Virus record (IMG/VR): IMGVR_UViG_3300015050_000522
Coordinates: 1-61,958 of that record
From: a virus
Lineage: Duplodnaviria; Caudoviricetes
DNA: 61,958 nt
Direction: 5' to 3' (one strand)
Within the stretch, counting starts at the first letter, position 1, and every line of letters starts with the position of its first letter. Both the position numbers and the translations under genes were made by a program. This document shows, one piece after another, positions 19,868 to 30,972 of this stretch. Below the pieces are notes generated by a model, which made no database searches, had not been told where the DNA came from, and saw only the letters and a list, made by a program, of their open reading frames with translations.

Positions 19868-20350
19868 ATGCCAATACCAGCGCTTATTGTCCCCCTTCTC
19901 GCACAAGGACTTCAATTAATTAGTAATGCTGTGATGGCTAAGGGAAAAGAATGGGTGGAAGAAAAAACTGGTGTAAATTTGGATCAGCCTTTGTCGCAGG
20001 AGGACATACTCAAATTACGCCAATTTGAAATGAGCCACGAAGAAGAATTGCTGCGCCTGCGCGTCGAAGAAAAACGAATTGACTTGGCTGATGTGCAAAG
20101 TGCGCGGGATATGAATACCCATATTAACGAAAGTGCAAATGCTGCGTGGTTACCCAAAAACGTAGCAGCAATTCTTGCGCTTACGGTTATTGGCGCTGGG
20201 TTTATTTTGCTAGGAACTACCAAAGATGCAGATGTACGAACTGCTGTAGTTGGTTTGATGACTCTGGTGCTGGGATTTTATTTTGGTAGCTCATCGTCAA
20301 ATCGAAGCAAAGACGAAATTATTAAGTCACTGAGCGGGAGTGCGCGATGA
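19868..20350 (+). CDS. Putative holin
   Basis: ADVQSARDM, two TM helices, GFYFGSS; next to the endolysin. Confidence 0.7.
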   Translation: MPIPALIVPLLAQGLQLISNAVMAKGKEWVEEKTGVNLDQPLSQEDILKLRQFEMSHEEELLRLRVEEKRIDLADVQSARDMNTHINESANAAWLPKNVAAILALTVIGAGFILLGTTKDADVRTAVVGLMTLVLGFYFGSSSSNRSKDEIIKSLSGSAR

Positions 20351-20685
20351 GCCTTAGTGAAGAACAAGCTGCATTTTTGCTGGATGCCTGTAAACTGATT
20401 CAACACGCCACCGAGCAGGGTTGGATGATTACAGGTGGCGAACTATATCGCACGGTTGAACAGCAGGAGATTTATCTCAAGACTGGGAGATCCAAAACAA
20501 TGTTAAGCAATCATTTAAAACGTTGCGCCATAGACCTTAACTTTTTTAGGGGTGGTCAATTGGTCTGGGACAAGGCAAAATTAGCACCATTGGGGCAGTT
20601 TTGGGAATCATTGAACCCAAAAAATCGGTGGGGTGGAAATTTTAATTCGCTGGTTGATGTCCCCCACTTTGAACGAAATGTCTAA
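20347..20685 (+). CDS. Endolysin, peptidase M15 family
   Basis: YRTVEQQ; SNHLKRCAIDL; WGGNF; DVPHFE. Confidence 0.88.
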   Translation: MSLSEEQAAFLLDACKLIQHATEQGWMITGGELYRTVEQQEIYLKTGRSKTMLSNHLKRCAIDLNFFRGGQLVWDKAKLAPLGQFWESLNPKNRWGGNFNSLVDVPHFERNV

Positions 20686-20687
20686 CC

Positions 20688-22547
20688 ATGCCACTAAAGA
20701 AACTGCTACTCAAGGCCGGGGTAAACCGTGAAAACACCCGGTACACCAATGAGAATGGGTGGTATGAGTGCGACAAAATTCGATTTCGCCAAGGTACGCC
20801 CGAAAAGCTAGGCGGCTGGGCAAGGCTGTCATCTTCTAAATTTATTGGAGTTTGCCGTTCTTTGTGGAACTGGGTTACGCTTGCCAATCAAAACCTTTTG
20901 GGTGTTGGCACTAATGACAAATTCTATTTGGAATATGGCGGTGCATATTACGATATAACGCCCATCAGGGACACCGCTACCCTGACAAATCCTTTTGCCA
21001 CTACAAACGGACTAACCTTAGTCACGGTAACTGACGTAGCGCATGGCTGCATAAGTGGTGACTATGTAACGTTCAGTGGCGCTTCCACTGTTGGTGGCCT
21101 TGATTTAAACGAAGAGTTTCAAGTCACCGTAATTAACAATAATTCTTACACCATTACCGCAGCTAGTGCGGCCACTTCCACGGCTACTGGTGGCGGGACG
21201 GTTACGGCCGCATACCAGATTAATGTCGGCCCTAGTTTTGTTGTACCGTTAACCGGGTGGGGTGCAGGCCCGTGGGGTTTTGGGGCATGGGGAATTGGAG
21301 AAACTACCAATGAATCTTTGAGAGTTTGGAGTCAAAAAAACTTTGGGCAAGATTTGATTTTTGGCCCTCGTGGTGGAGCCATTTACTACTGGGATGCCGC
21401 ACTTGGCATTACAACTCGTGCTATTGAGTTATCAGCTAGGCTGGGCGCTACAGGTGTGCCTATCCAACAAAACTATTTACTAATATCTGATACAAGTCGG
21501 TTTGTATTTGCGTTTGGGTGCAACGATTACTTGTCTACAGATGTTGACCCCATGCTGGTTCGCTGGTCGGATCAAGAAGATGCGTTGAACTGGGTGCAAT
21601 CTGCAACAAACCAAGCGGGGTCACTGCGGCTATCGTTAGGCTCACAAATTGTCACTTCCCTTCAATCGCGCCAAGAGATTTTGGTGTGGACTGATTCTTC
21701 GCTGTACTCGCTGCAATACGTAGGGCCACCGATTGTTTGGGGCGCACAGCTTATGGGCGACAACATATCCATCGCAGGACAAAATGCCGCAACTTACGCC
21801 AATGGTGTGGCATATTGGATGGGTAAGGATAAGTTTTACAAATACGATGGCCGTATACAAACATTAAATTGCGACTTACGCAAATTTGTTTTTGAGGATA
21901 TTAATACCGTCCAATACGAGCAGGTTTTTGCGGGAACCAATGAAGGATTTAATGAAATTTGGTGGTTCTACTGCTCAGCAAATTCCAATTCGGTAGACAG
22001 GTATGTTGTGTATAACTATTTTGACAATATCTGGTACTACGGTACTATGGCGCGAACCGCTTGGTTGGATTCAGGCATTCGTAACTATCCAATTGCCGCT
22101 ACATACGAGCACAACATTGTTAATCACGAGCAGGGTGTAGATGACAACGTTCTAGGGACTCCACTCCCTATTACGTCATATATTTCGTCTGCGGAGTTTG
22201 ACTTGGATGATGGGCATCAGTTTTCTTTTATTTGGCGGGTGTTGCCAGACATTACATTCTCAGGGTCGCAGGTCGAAAACCCATCGGTCACCATGTATCT
22301 CCTGCCCATGAAAAACTCAGGCTCTGGGTATAACGTACCAGACGAAAATGCAAATCAATCGGTTGGTGGTAATAGTTATAAACCCGTAACCCGTACAGCA
22401 GTTTTGCCAATTGAACAATTCACTGGACAGATTTTTACTCGGGTGCGGGGTCGGCAACTAATTATCAAGGTAGAGTCTACGGCTCTTGGAGTAAATTGGC
22501 AGCTTGGCGCTCCACGACTTGATATACGCGCAGACGGAAGACGCTAA
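20688..22547 (+). CDS. Tail nozzle / stabilisation protein
   Basis: IRFRQGTPEKLGGW; VRWSDQE; RVRGRQ...WQLG..RLDIRADGRR. Confidence 0.75.
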   Translation: MPLKKLLLKAGVNRENTRYTNENGWYECDKIRFRQGTPEKLGGWARLSSSKFIGVCRSLWNWVTLANQNLLGVGTNDKFYLEYGGAYYDITPIRDTATLTNPFATTNGLTLVTVTDVAHGCISGDYVTFSGASTVGGLDLNEEFQVTVINNNSYTITAASAATSTATGGGTVTAAYQINVGPSFVVPLTGWGAGPWGFGAWGIGETTNESLRVWSQKNFGQDLIFGPRGGAIYYWDAALGITTRAIELSARLGATGVPIQQNYLLISDTSRFVFAFGCNDYLSTDVDPMLVRWSDQEDALNWVQSATNQAGSLRLSLGSQIVTSLQSRQEILVWTDSSLYSLQYVGPPIVWGAQLMGDNISIAGQNAATYANGVAYWMGKDKFYKYDGRIQTLNCDLRKFVFEDINTVQYEQVFAGTNEGFNEIWWFYCSANSNSVDRYVVYNYFDNIWYYGTMARTAWLDSGIRNYPIAATYEHNIVNHEQGVDDNVLGTPLPITSYISSAEFDLDDGHQFSFIWRVLPDITFSGSQVENPSVTMYLLPMKNSGSGYNVPDENANQSVGGNSYKPVTRTAVLPIEQFTGQIFTRVRGRQLIIKVESTALGVNWQLGAPRLDIRADGRR

Positions 22548-22891
22548 TGTTTGTAGTTACGTCAACTCCATTCCAAGGGGTCGCCCCCCCTGCTTTACCG
22601 CAAGCAACGTTAGAATATGAGCGAGCTTACCAAGATCAGTTGAACGCAGTGCTACGGATTTACTTCAACCGTTTGCAAGGTCTTATGGCTCAGATAGACT
22701 CTGAGGGCAATATCATTCCGCCAACAACGGTTTATACCGTGGCTACACTGCCAAGTGCCGTAACGTCAGGGGTCGGAGCTAGAGGGTTTGTATCCAATGC
22801 ACTTGCCCCGTCTTTTGGGGTGAATGTAGCTGGAGGTGGTGCAGTAGCAGTTCCTGTTTATTCAGATGGTACAAATTGGAAAGTAGGCTGA
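22547..22891 (+). CDS. Tail-associated hypothetical protein
   Basis: Coupled; YTVATLP...VPVYSDGTNW. Confidence 0.72.
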   Translation: MFVVTSTPFQGVAPPALPQATLEYERAYQDQLNAVLRIYFNRLQGLMAQIDSEGNIIPPTTVYTVATLPSAVTSGVGARGFVSNALAPSFGVNVAGGGAVAVPVYSDGTNWKVG

Positions 22892-22892
22892 T

Positions 22893-23315
22893 ATGGCGGA
22901 GCAAGCAGTAAACGAACAAGAGAACGAAAAAATCGTACAAATTGCGTTCGACTACTTTAAAAAAGAAACTGGTTCCGACAAAAAAGCTAAAGAAATGCTT
23001 GGCAAACTTGTCCTTACTGTAAAGGATGAAGGCGCTAAACTTATTCACCTTGGAAATGTGTTGTTTCTTACTATGGTTCGCGGCAAAGGCGTAGTTGAAA
23101 TTCACACGATTGGTAATGAAGCGCAACCTCGTATGCTGGCTGATGACTTCAAAAAACTAGCGGCATACCTCAAGAATATTGGGGTTAAGACGGCCTACAC
23201 CTATACGCCTGACAACAGGTATGGACGGCTTTCACAGATGACGGGGCTTCCTATAAAAACGTTCAAAATTGATGTCAAAGGCAAGCCAATGACTGCATAT
23301 GTGATGGAGTTCTGA
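22893..23315 (+). CDS. Hypothetical protein, possibly GNAT-like
   Basis: Position before the ejection genes; alpha/beta pattern. Confidence 0.5.
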   Translation: MAEQAVNEQENEKIVQIAFDYFKKETGSDKKAKEMLGKLVLTVKDEGAKLIHLGNVLFLTMVRGKGVVEIHTIGNEAQPRMLADDFKKLAAYLKNIGVKTAYTYTPDNRYGRLSQMTGLPIKTFKIDVKGKPMTAYVMEF

Positions 23316-23316
23316 T

Positions 23317-26300
23317 ATGCCAGCAGCCGCTCTATTTGTTGGATATTTAGCCGTTGAAACTGGTATAGCTGCCACTATTGGCGCTGCACTTGTCGGGGCT
23401 ACTGGACTATCTGTTGCCGGGGCTGGAGTTGCAGCATCGCTTGCAGCAGGTACTGTTTCAGCAGCAGTTGCTACTGCGGTAGGTGTAGGTGCGGTTTCTG
23501 CTGGTTTATCTGTAGCACAAGGAGCCTCAGTCAGTGATGCGCTTAAAAGTGCAGTAATAGGTGGTGTAACTTCTTTTATAGGAGGCTCCATTGCAGGCGA
23601 TGTGACTAAAGCAATTACCGCATCAGCATCAGACTTGGGACTTACCTCAATTGCGGGAAACATTGGAAAAGTTGCTGGGGCTATGGCTGCCGGGGGAACG
23701 CAAGCATCGCTTACTTCTGTTCTGACTGGTAAGGGCGACCCGATTGAAGCGCTCATTAAAGGTGGCTTAACCGCAGGACTTGCCTCTGGTGCAATGCAAG
23801 GTGTAAACGCAGTTACCTCAAGCATCCCCGGATTTAATGACTTGGGAAAAGATTATGGTACGGCAGGCTCTGCTGCACAACGCGCAGTTAACGCAGCATT
23901 GACCGCAGGTGTAATGGGTAAAGATGTCGATACAGCAGTTTTAAACTCTGTAATTCAAGGCGCATTTAAAGACAATAAAGAATCACTTAATAGTGCCTTT
24001 AAAGATTTTACCCAACCGTTAAAAGATGCTTGGAATGAAGTAACCCAAACAAGTACAGCGTTTGACGGTAATGTAAGCCGTCAAAATGCAATTGTTGAAG
24101 ATTACCAATCAACTGTTAATTCTATTGAAGCAAGCCGCGCTACTATAAAATCAAACTATGATAACTATGAATTTTACAAAAAACGCGCCGATGATATGCT
24201 TAGTTACGCATACAGCGGAGCAGAAGATTCATATTTGGCAGGTGGTTGGCAAAGCGAAGCTATAGAAAATGCAAACAAATATGCCACGCTTGTTAATAAT
24301 GCAATGCCCGATTATGAATCGGCACGCACTGCTGCTGAAACAAAACTTACTGGCTTATCTACCGAGCTAGATAAATTAAAATCAAACATTCCTGAACTTG
24401 AAAAAACTTTAATTACTCAAAAAACAACGCTAGATACTAATCTTGCCGACTTCGAAAAACAAGAAGAAGCTAACGCGCAAAGTATTGCTAAGACATACAA
24501 CGATACGATAGTAGCAAAGGCTTCTGTTGAAAAAGCCACTGGTAAACCGCTAAGCCAAGAACAGCTTGATACGTTTATAAAGACGGGTGATGTAACTACT
24601 GCGGCCAAAAAATATATTGAAGCGGAAACAGGTAGCTCAAAAGCTGCGGCAGACGCGATAGTAAAAGCAATTGCTGATGCTGCTTTACCAAATCCTATCA
24701 ATGATTTACGTGCATCTATTAATAATGACCAAACAATAAGCGAAAGCGATAAAACATATTTATTAAAAGGTTTGCAAGACGATACTTTAGCTCAAGCATT
24801 GCCTTCTTCTATACCTGCTACAGATGCAGGTAGTGTGGTAAACAGATTGGGTTCGGCTTTTGCAGCCAATGACCCAAGGATTTCAGCAATATTGGCAAAA
24901 AGCCCAAGCTTAATGCCAAAGATTAGCGAATATACAAATACTTATGGCTTTGCCGCACAAGATGAAAACTATTTAAAAATGCTACTTGCCGCAAAGCAAG
25001 AGGCAAGTAAAGACGATCAAGGTATATTTGAAAATGAGATTAATAAAGTTGTTAAACGCAGTCCATCATTATCATCATATCTTGCTGGCACAAGTGAAGC
25101 AGGTGGTGGACGAGGTGTTGTAAATCCACCAAATGTAATTCCATCACCCGCTCCCGCACCAAGTCCTACTCCTTCACCAGCTACTTCTGCTCCAGCAGTA
25201 CCTGCAAGGCCAGAAGATTATTCAGATACGACCGAGGAAATTCAGCCTTGGCAAAATATTCCTTCAGAAAATTTTCCTGAAGAAGTTATAGCACCAGTAA
25301 AACCAACCCCTACTCCAGCGCCAGCAACTAACATTGAGACTGCGATTAACCCGACCATAAAGGCTGAAGCTGAAGCTCGGGCTTCTTTGCAAGCAATCGG
25401 AATTGCCAATCCAACAGATGCACAAATTAAAGATGTTGTCGCACAAACTGTTGCCGCGCCTGCTCCAGTACCTACTCTTGCACCGACTCCTGCTCCAGCA
25501 CCAGCACCAGCACCTGCGCCTGCGCCGACACCAGCCCCTGCACCTATTCCGGTTCCAACGCCAGCGCCAGCACCAGTAAGCCCAACAACTCCTGCAATAA
25601 CTACTTCTCAAATAGAAAAAGATATTCTTGCTCAAGTAGCTATCAACGAAAAAGCGGGAATGAGCCGTGATGCTGCATTGCAAAAAGCTATTAGCACGGT
25701 AGCAGCTACACAGAAAACTGATACTGCAACGCTAACCAAAAGCATTAGCGGCCTTAATACAACGCTGAGCAAAGAGATTAATGCCGTCCAAGCTGACCTT
25801 GACCAAACAGAAAAAGCTATTCTCGCGCAGGTAGCTATTAATGAGAAGGCTGGTTTAAGCCGCGATACTGCACTACAAAAAGCCATCAGTACAGTTGCTG
25901 CTGCACAAAAAACAGACGCTGCCTCGCTTACATCAAAAATAAGCGGTTTAGGCACAACGCTTGGCAAAGAGATTGGCGCTGTACAGGCAGAACTTGCTCA
26001 AACTGAAAAGGACATCCTAGCTCAAGTAGCCAAAAACGAAGCTGCTGGAATGACCAGAGATGCTGCACTTCAAAAGGCCATCAACACGGTTGCAACTAGC
26101 CAGAAAACGGACACCGCAACTCTGACGGCAAAAATAAGCGGACTGAGTACTTCCCTTACCAAAGAGATTGATGCCGTCCAAGCTGATCTGGCGCAAACAG
26201 AAAAAGACATTCTTGCACAGGTGGCGAAGAACGAGGCCGCTGGACTAGGCCGTGATGCTGCATTGCAAAAAGCAATTAGCACAGTTGCAGCGGCTCAGAA

Positions 26301-29085
26301 GACAGATACTGCAACCATATTAACAAAGCTAAATACAACTACGGCTGGCCTTGATACAAAGATAGCTGGCGTTCAAAAAGAGCTTGCCCAAACAGAAAAA
26401 GATATTCTTGCTCAAGTTGCGGTAAATGAAAAAGCTGGCATGGGTCGTGATGCTGCTCTTCAGTCTGCTATCAGCACAGTTGCTGCTGCACAAAAAACAG
26501 ACACTGCGACACTGACAAAAAACATCAGCGCACTTGGCACAACGCTCGGCAAAGAAATTACTGCTGTGCAAGCTGATCTGGCGCAAACAGAAAAAGACAT
26601 CCTTGCACAAGTAGCGAAGAACGAAGCTGCTGGCATGGGTCGTGATGTCGCGCTACAGAAAGCTATCAGCACAGTTGCGGCCACCCAAAAGACTGACACT
26701 GCTACGCTTACATCCAAAATTAGTGGTTTAAGCACAAGTCTTACCAAAGAGATTGATGCCGTCCAAGCTGACCTCGCTCAAACTGAAAAGGACATTCTTG
26801 CCGAAGTAGCGAAGAATGAAAAAGCCGGATTAGGCCGCGATGTCGCGCTCCAAAAAGCTATTGATACAGTAGCTGCTGCTCAGAAAAAGTCTTCAACAGA
26901 TATTCTGGCAAAGCTGAATACAACTTCATCTGGTCTTAACACTAAGATTGATGCGGTACAGGCTGACCTTGCTCAGACTGAAAAAGATATTCTTGCTGAA
27001 GTAGCAAAGAACGAAGCTGCGGGAATGAACCGCGATGCCGCGCTTCAAAAGGCAATCAATACTGTAGCAGCCACTCAGAAAAAAGATGTTGCAACTCTGA
27101 CCAATAGCATCAGTGGTCTTGGCACGGTATTGGGTAACGACATTAAAGCGTTGCAAACTGATTTAGCCCAGACAGAAAAAGACATTCTGGCAGAAGTTTC
27201 AAAAAATGAAGCTGCTGGTCTAAGTCGTGATGCTGCACTTCAAAAAGCCATAAACACAGTAGCAGCTACGCAGAAGACCGATGTTGCGTCAATATTGACA
27301 AAACTCAGTACAAGTACGTCAGGGCTAAAAACAGAAATTGCTGGCGTAACAGCTACTGTCACCGCTACAAAACTAGCTTTAGAAAAAGCAATTAGTGAAG
27401 CAAAGGCTACTGGATTGGCTGGTGATGCGGCCTTAAAAGAAGCTATTGATACAGTTGCTCGGCAGCAAAATACCAATGCAACCTCACTGCTTTCTAAAAT
27501 TGGAGCTACTGAAACAAGCCTGAAAACAGAATTTGCTGCTGGCTTAACAGGAGTATCGACAAAAATTGATGCAGTTAAATCTGCGTTGTCGGCTGAAATA
27601 CAAGCAGCAAAAGATATTGGATTACAAGGTGATGCCGCCCTCCAAGCTGGACTAAATAGCTTAGCTGGGAAAATGGGTGTAAACCAAGCCAACTTATTAA
27701 ACCAGTTAGGCGCAACAGCAGAAGGTTTAAAAACAGAATTTGCTGCTAGTTTATCTGGCGTTTCAAAAGACTTCCAAGCACAACTTGCCTTGGCTGACGC
27801 AGCTACACAAGCACGGTTTAACCAATTAACAAATGCACAAAAAGCACAAGCTGAACAACTTGCCGCCAGCACAGGTAATTTACAGAATTCAATAACACAA
27901 GCCGCAGCTACTACTGCTACGCAAATTGCCGATGTAAAAACAGACGTTGAAAAAACACGCACTGCTCTTGAGGCGGCAGTTCAGGCGGCTAAAGATATTG
28001 GGCTACAAGGTGATGCCGCTTTGCAGGCTGGTTTAACAGACCTAGCTGCAAAAATGGGTGTAAATCAAGCTGATATATTGACTCAATTGGGTACAACGGC
28101 TGAAGGCTTAAAAACTCAGTTTGCTACAAGCTTGACTAATATTGCTAGTGATTTCACTGCAAAGTTAGCCGCCTCCGATGCAGCCACCCAAGCAGCATTT
28201 GGCAAATTAACTGCGGCTCAAAAAGCCCAAGCGGAGCAATTAGCCACTTCCACTGGAAACCTGCAAGGCGCTATTAATCAAGCCGCAGCCAATACTGCCA
28301 CCCAGATTACTGGCATAAAAACAGATGTAGAAGCTACGCGGATTGCGCTTCAAGATGCTATTCAAGCTGCTAAAGACATTGGCTTGCAGGGGGATGCGGC
28401 CTTACAAGCAGCCATTAATTCGGTTGCCATAGACCAAAAACTGAGCAAAGAACAGGTATTGGCTCAGCTTGGAACAACGGCTGAAGGGATACGTTCAGAA
28501 TTTGCTACTGGCTTGGCAAATGTTTCTGCTACGACACAAGCGCAATATAAAGCACTGACGGCAGCACAGCAGAAGACGGCTGATGATTTGATTGCACAGG
28601 GTAAATCTACACAAGATGCTATCAGTGCAGCCTCGGCAGGCATATACAAGACGTTTTCCGATCAAGAAGCGGCTCGACTTAGGGATGCTGCTGAAGCTAA
28701 AACTGCACAAGAAGAAGCTGCAAGACAAGCAGCAGCTATAGCCGCAAGCAATGCAGCCGCTGCAAAAGCGCAAGCTGCTACTAATGCTAGAAATGCCCAA
28801 ATACAGACAGCCGGAACAGCGGCGGCGACGGCTATGCAGCAGTTTGCTGGTACAGCCCCTTCGTTATTACAACAAGCCACGCAAGTAACAAATAACCCAA
28901 TTTACGGAAAAGCAGTCAACGAGTTTGATTTTGAGCAGCCGCTTAACTTCAATTTGTTTAAACCAAGCGATGAAAAACTTGGCACAAAAGCAACACAACC
29001 AACTAAAATCGCTACTGGTGGGTATCTGGATGACCTACTAGCTGAGCCTATGTCGGTAGACGATCTACTGAACCTCTTACGCTAA
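23317..29085 (+). CDS. Large putative internal virion (ejection) protein with tandem helical repeats
   Basis: 1922 aa; hydrophobic G/A-rich N-terminus, PA linkers, repeats, C-terminal IATGG. Confidence 0.75.
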   Translation: MPAAALFVGYLAVETGIAATIGAALVGATGLSVAGAGVAASLAAGTVSAAVATAVGVGAVSAGLSVAQGASVSDALKSAVIGGVTSFIGGSIAGDVTKAITASASDLGLTSIAGNIGKVAGAMAAGGTQASLTSVLTGKGDPIEALIKGGLTAGLASGAMQGVNAVTSSIPGFNDLGKDYGTAGSAAQRAVNAALTAGVMGKDVDTAVLNSVIQGAFKDNKESLNSAFKDFTQPLKDAWNEVTQTSTAFDGNVSRQNAIVEDYQSTVNSIEASRATIKSNYDNYEFYKKRADDMLSYAYSGAEDSYLAGGWQSEAIENANKYATLVNNAMPDYESARTAAETKLTGLSTELDKLKSNIPELEKTLITQKTTLDTNLADFEKQEEANAQSIAKTYNDTIVAKASVEKATGKPLSQEQLDTFIKTGDVTTAAKKYIEAETGSSKAAADAIVKAIADAALPNPINDLRASINNDQTISESDKTYLLKGLQDDTLAQALPSSIPATDAGSVVNRLGSAFAANDPRISAILAKSPSLMPKISEYTNTYGFAAQDENYLKMLLAAKQEASKDDQGIFENEINKVVKRSPSLSSYLAGTSEAGGGRGVVNPPNVIPSPAPAPSPTPSPATSAPAVPARPEDYSDTTEEIQPWQNIPSENFPEEVIAPVKPTPTPAPATNIETAINPTIKAEAEARASLQAIGIANPTDAQIKDVVAQTVAAPAPVPTLAPTPAPAPAPAPAPAPTPAPAPIPVPTPAPAPVSPTTPAITTSQIEKDILAQVAINEKAGMSRDAALQKAISTVAATQKTDTATLTKSISGLNTTLSKEINAVQADLDQTEKAILAQVAINEKAGLSRDTALQKAISTVAAAQKTDAASLTSKISGLGTTLGKEIGAVQAELAQTEKDILAQVAKNEAAGMTRDAALQKAINTVATSQKTDTATLTAKISGLSTSLTKEIDAVQADLAQTEKDILAQVAKNEAAGLGRDAALQKAISTVAAAQKTDTATILTKLNTTTAGLDTKIAGVQKELAQTEKDILAQVAVNEKAGMGRDAALQSAISTVAAAQKTDTATLTKNISALGTTLGKEITAVQADLAQTEKDILAQVAKNEAAGMGRDVALQKAISTVAATQKTDTATLTSKISGLSTSLTKEIDAVQADLAQTEKDILAEVAKNEKAGLGRDVALQKAIDTVAAAQKKSSTDILAKLNTTSSGLNTKIDAVQADLAQTEKDILAEVAKNEAAGMNRDAALQKAINTVAATQKKDVATLTNSISGLGTVLGNDIKALQTDLAQTEKDILAEVSKNEAAGLSRDAALQKAINTVAATQKTDVASILTKLSTSTSGLKTEIAGVTATVTATKLALEKAISEAKATGLAGDAALKEAIDTVARQQNTNATSLLSKIGATETSLKTEFAAGLTGVSTKIDAVKSALSAEIQAAKDIGLQGDAALQAGLNSLAGKMGVNQANLLNQLGATAEGLKTEFAASLSGVSKDFQAQLALADAATQARFNQLTNAQKAQAEQLAASTGNLQNSITQAAATTATQIADVKTDVEKTRTALEAAVQAAKDIGLQGDAALQAGLTDLAAKMGVNQADILTQLGTTAEGLKTQFATSLTNIASDFTAKLAASDAATQAAFGKLTAAQKAQAEQLATSTGNLQGAINQAAANTATQITGIKTDVEATRIALQDAIQAAKDIGLQGDAALQAAINSVAIDQKLSKEQVLAQLGTTAEGIRSEFATGLANVSATTQAQYKALTAAQQKTADDLIAQGKSTQDAISAASAGIYKTFSDQEAARLRDAAEAKTAQEEAARQAAAIAASNAAAAKAQAATNARNAQIQTAGTAAATAMQQFAGTAPSLLQQATQVTNNPIYGKAVNEFDFEQPLNFNLFKPSDEKLGTKATQPTKIATGGYLDDLLAEPMSVDDLLNLLR
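25609..27363 (+). repeat. Nine 195-bp (65-aa) coding tandem repeats
   Basis: EKDILA-type codons recur at 25615, 25810, 26005 ... 27175. Confidence 0.92.
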
Positions 29086-29095
29086 AGGAATAGAT

Positions 29096-30943
29096 ATGGA
29101 AGACGATACCTTATTTGATTTACCCGTAGATACATCGCAAGCTGATACTACTGCCGATGCGCCATTTGACTATACACAGTTTTATAATGACTATGGCAAT
29201 GTTGGTGGCGAATATGATCCGGCATCAGCGCCCACCGAAAAAGATGTGCTTGACGCTATAAACACTGGAACATCAGATAATCCAGTAATCAAAAAATTTA
29301 TTGATGCTCTTGGAAGCAAAGCTGATGATTTCTTAAAAAAGAACTTTTACGACCCCGCTACTGGCAAAGTTAATCTTGCTGGTCTTGGTACTGCTGCGAT
29401 GGCCCTCTACGGCGCAGTAGCTCCAAAGACGGGTGCAATATCAAACCAAAAGCCTATTCCGGTATTAACGGCTTCGCGTCAGCAAGTTCAATATACCGAT
29501 CCAAACCGTCAACCGGGTTCGCAGGGTAGGCAGTATTTCACCGACATGAAATACGACGGCACATCAGGTGATGCACAAGCTCAAGGTATTTTGGCTGCAT
29601 ACAATCCTGCCCCCGCTCCCGCTCCAAACCCTTATGCTGGACAAATGGCTATGAACTACAACAAAGCACCGATGCCTGCTGCTGCTCCAGTTAACCCTGC
29701 ATCTGATGTGGCAAGAATGATGCCAGTTCCGAATTTAGAAAACAAAATGGCTCACGGTGGTATTGCTGCTTTGGCTCGTGGTGGTCGGTACTTGTCTGGC
29801 TCTACAGATGGCATGGAGGATAAGATTCCTACAACCATTGACGGTAAACAGCCTGCTGCTTTAAGTCATGGTGAATTCGTCATTCCTGCTGACGTTGTTT
29901 CCCATTTGGGTAATGGAAACTCTGACGCTGGCGCAAACAAGCTTTATGAAATGATGGCGCGTGTGCGTAAGGCGCGTACAGGAAACCCTAAACAAGGCAA
30001 ACAAATTGATGCCAACCAATTTTTGTCGGGTGGCTTGGCTACGTATGCTGCTGGTGGTGGCGTAATGGGTTTTGCTGCTGGTGACCTTGTTCCTGCCGCT
30101 ACTGCGCCTGCTACATCAGCAGGCATTACTCCAGATAAAACAGTAACGCAAACCTTAGCACCTTACGCAAGTGATTACATAACTACTGCTCTAGGCCAAG
30201 GCGCTGCTGCGGCTGATGCCCCACGGGAAGTTTACAAAGGCCCATTAACGGCTGGCCCGTCTAATTTGCAACAACAATCATTTGCAGGGATAAGTGATGT
30301 TGCCAAGGGTGGCTATAACCCAACAACATTTACATCCAATACGTTTGGCTCTGAACAAGCTCAGCAGTACATGAACCCGTACCTGAAGAATGTTCTTGAC
30401 CCGCAAATGGCTGAACTCAAACGGCAAAATGACATTACGCAACAGCAAACTAATGCTCAGTTAACCAAAGCTGGTGCATTTGGTGGTAGCCGTCAAGCCA
30501 TTATGAATGCTGAAAATAACCGTAATTTGTTGAATGCACAAAATGTGGCACTGGGTCAAGGTTACTCTAATGCCTATGACAAAGCGATGGGTCAATTCAA
30601 TACCGAGCAAAGTCGTGGGCTGGATACACAAAGAGCTACTGAAGCCTCGCGCCAATATAGTTCTGATTTTGGTCTTAAATCATTGGCCGATTTGTCTCAG
30701 CAAGGCGCTATACAAAGAGGGATTACGTCTGAAGGATTGGCTGCTGACAAAGCCCAGTTTGAAGAACAACGTGATTACCCAATGAAAGCCGCGCAGTACA
30801 AGCTGAACTTGCTACAAGGTATACCAGTAGCCAGCACAACTACATCCAGTGATGCGGGTGCATTGGGCAATCTGACATCTCAGATTTCCGGTTTAAGTGC
30901 GCTGTACAAAACACTGGAAAACCTTGGTGTTACACCAAAATAA
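29096..30943 (+). CDS. Putative internal virion/ejection protein
   Basis: DGMEDKIP...LSHGEFVIPADVV domain; YMNPY; GAFGGSRQ. Confidence 0.75.
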   Translation: MEDDTLFDLPVDTSQADTTADAPFDYTQFYNDYGNVGGEYDPASAPTEKDVLDAINTGTSDNPVIKKFIDALGSKADDFLKKNFYDPATGKVNLAGLGTAAMALYGAVAPKTGAISNQKPIPVLTASRQQVQYTDPNRQPGSQGRQYFTDMKYDGTSGDAQAQGILAAYNPAPAPAPNPYAGQMAMNYNKAPMPAAAPVNPASDVARMMPVPNLENKMAHGGIAALARGGRYLSGSTDGMEDKIPTTIDGKQPAALSHGEFVIPADVVSHLGNGNSDAGANKLYEMMARVRKARTGNPKQGKQIDANQFLSGGLATYAAGGGVMGFAAGDLVPAATAPATSAGITPDKTVTQTLAPYASDYITTALGQGAAAADAPREVYKGPLTAGPSNLQQQSFAGISDVAKGGYNPTTFTSNTFGSEQAQQYMNPYLKNVLDPQMAELKRQNDITQQQTNAQLTKAGAFGGSRQAIMNAENNRNLLNAQNVALGQGYSNAYDKAMGQFNTEQSRGLDTQRATEASRQYSSDFGLKSLADLSQQGAIQRGITSEGLAADKAQFEEQRDYPMKAAQYKLNLLQGIPVASTTTSSDAGALGNLTSQISGLSALYKTLENLGVTPK

Positions 30944-30972
30944 TGATTAAGCTATAAATTGAAAGTAATCGT

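Noticed and set aside
25609-27363. Tandem repeats as a CRISPR or guide array
   Set aside because: They are in-frame 195-bp coding repeats with synonymous variation and no repeat-spacer structure.
27240-27962. Long antisense ORFs here and opposite other structural genes
   Set aside because: These are shadows of Ala/Thr-rich sense-strand codon bias and have no motifs.
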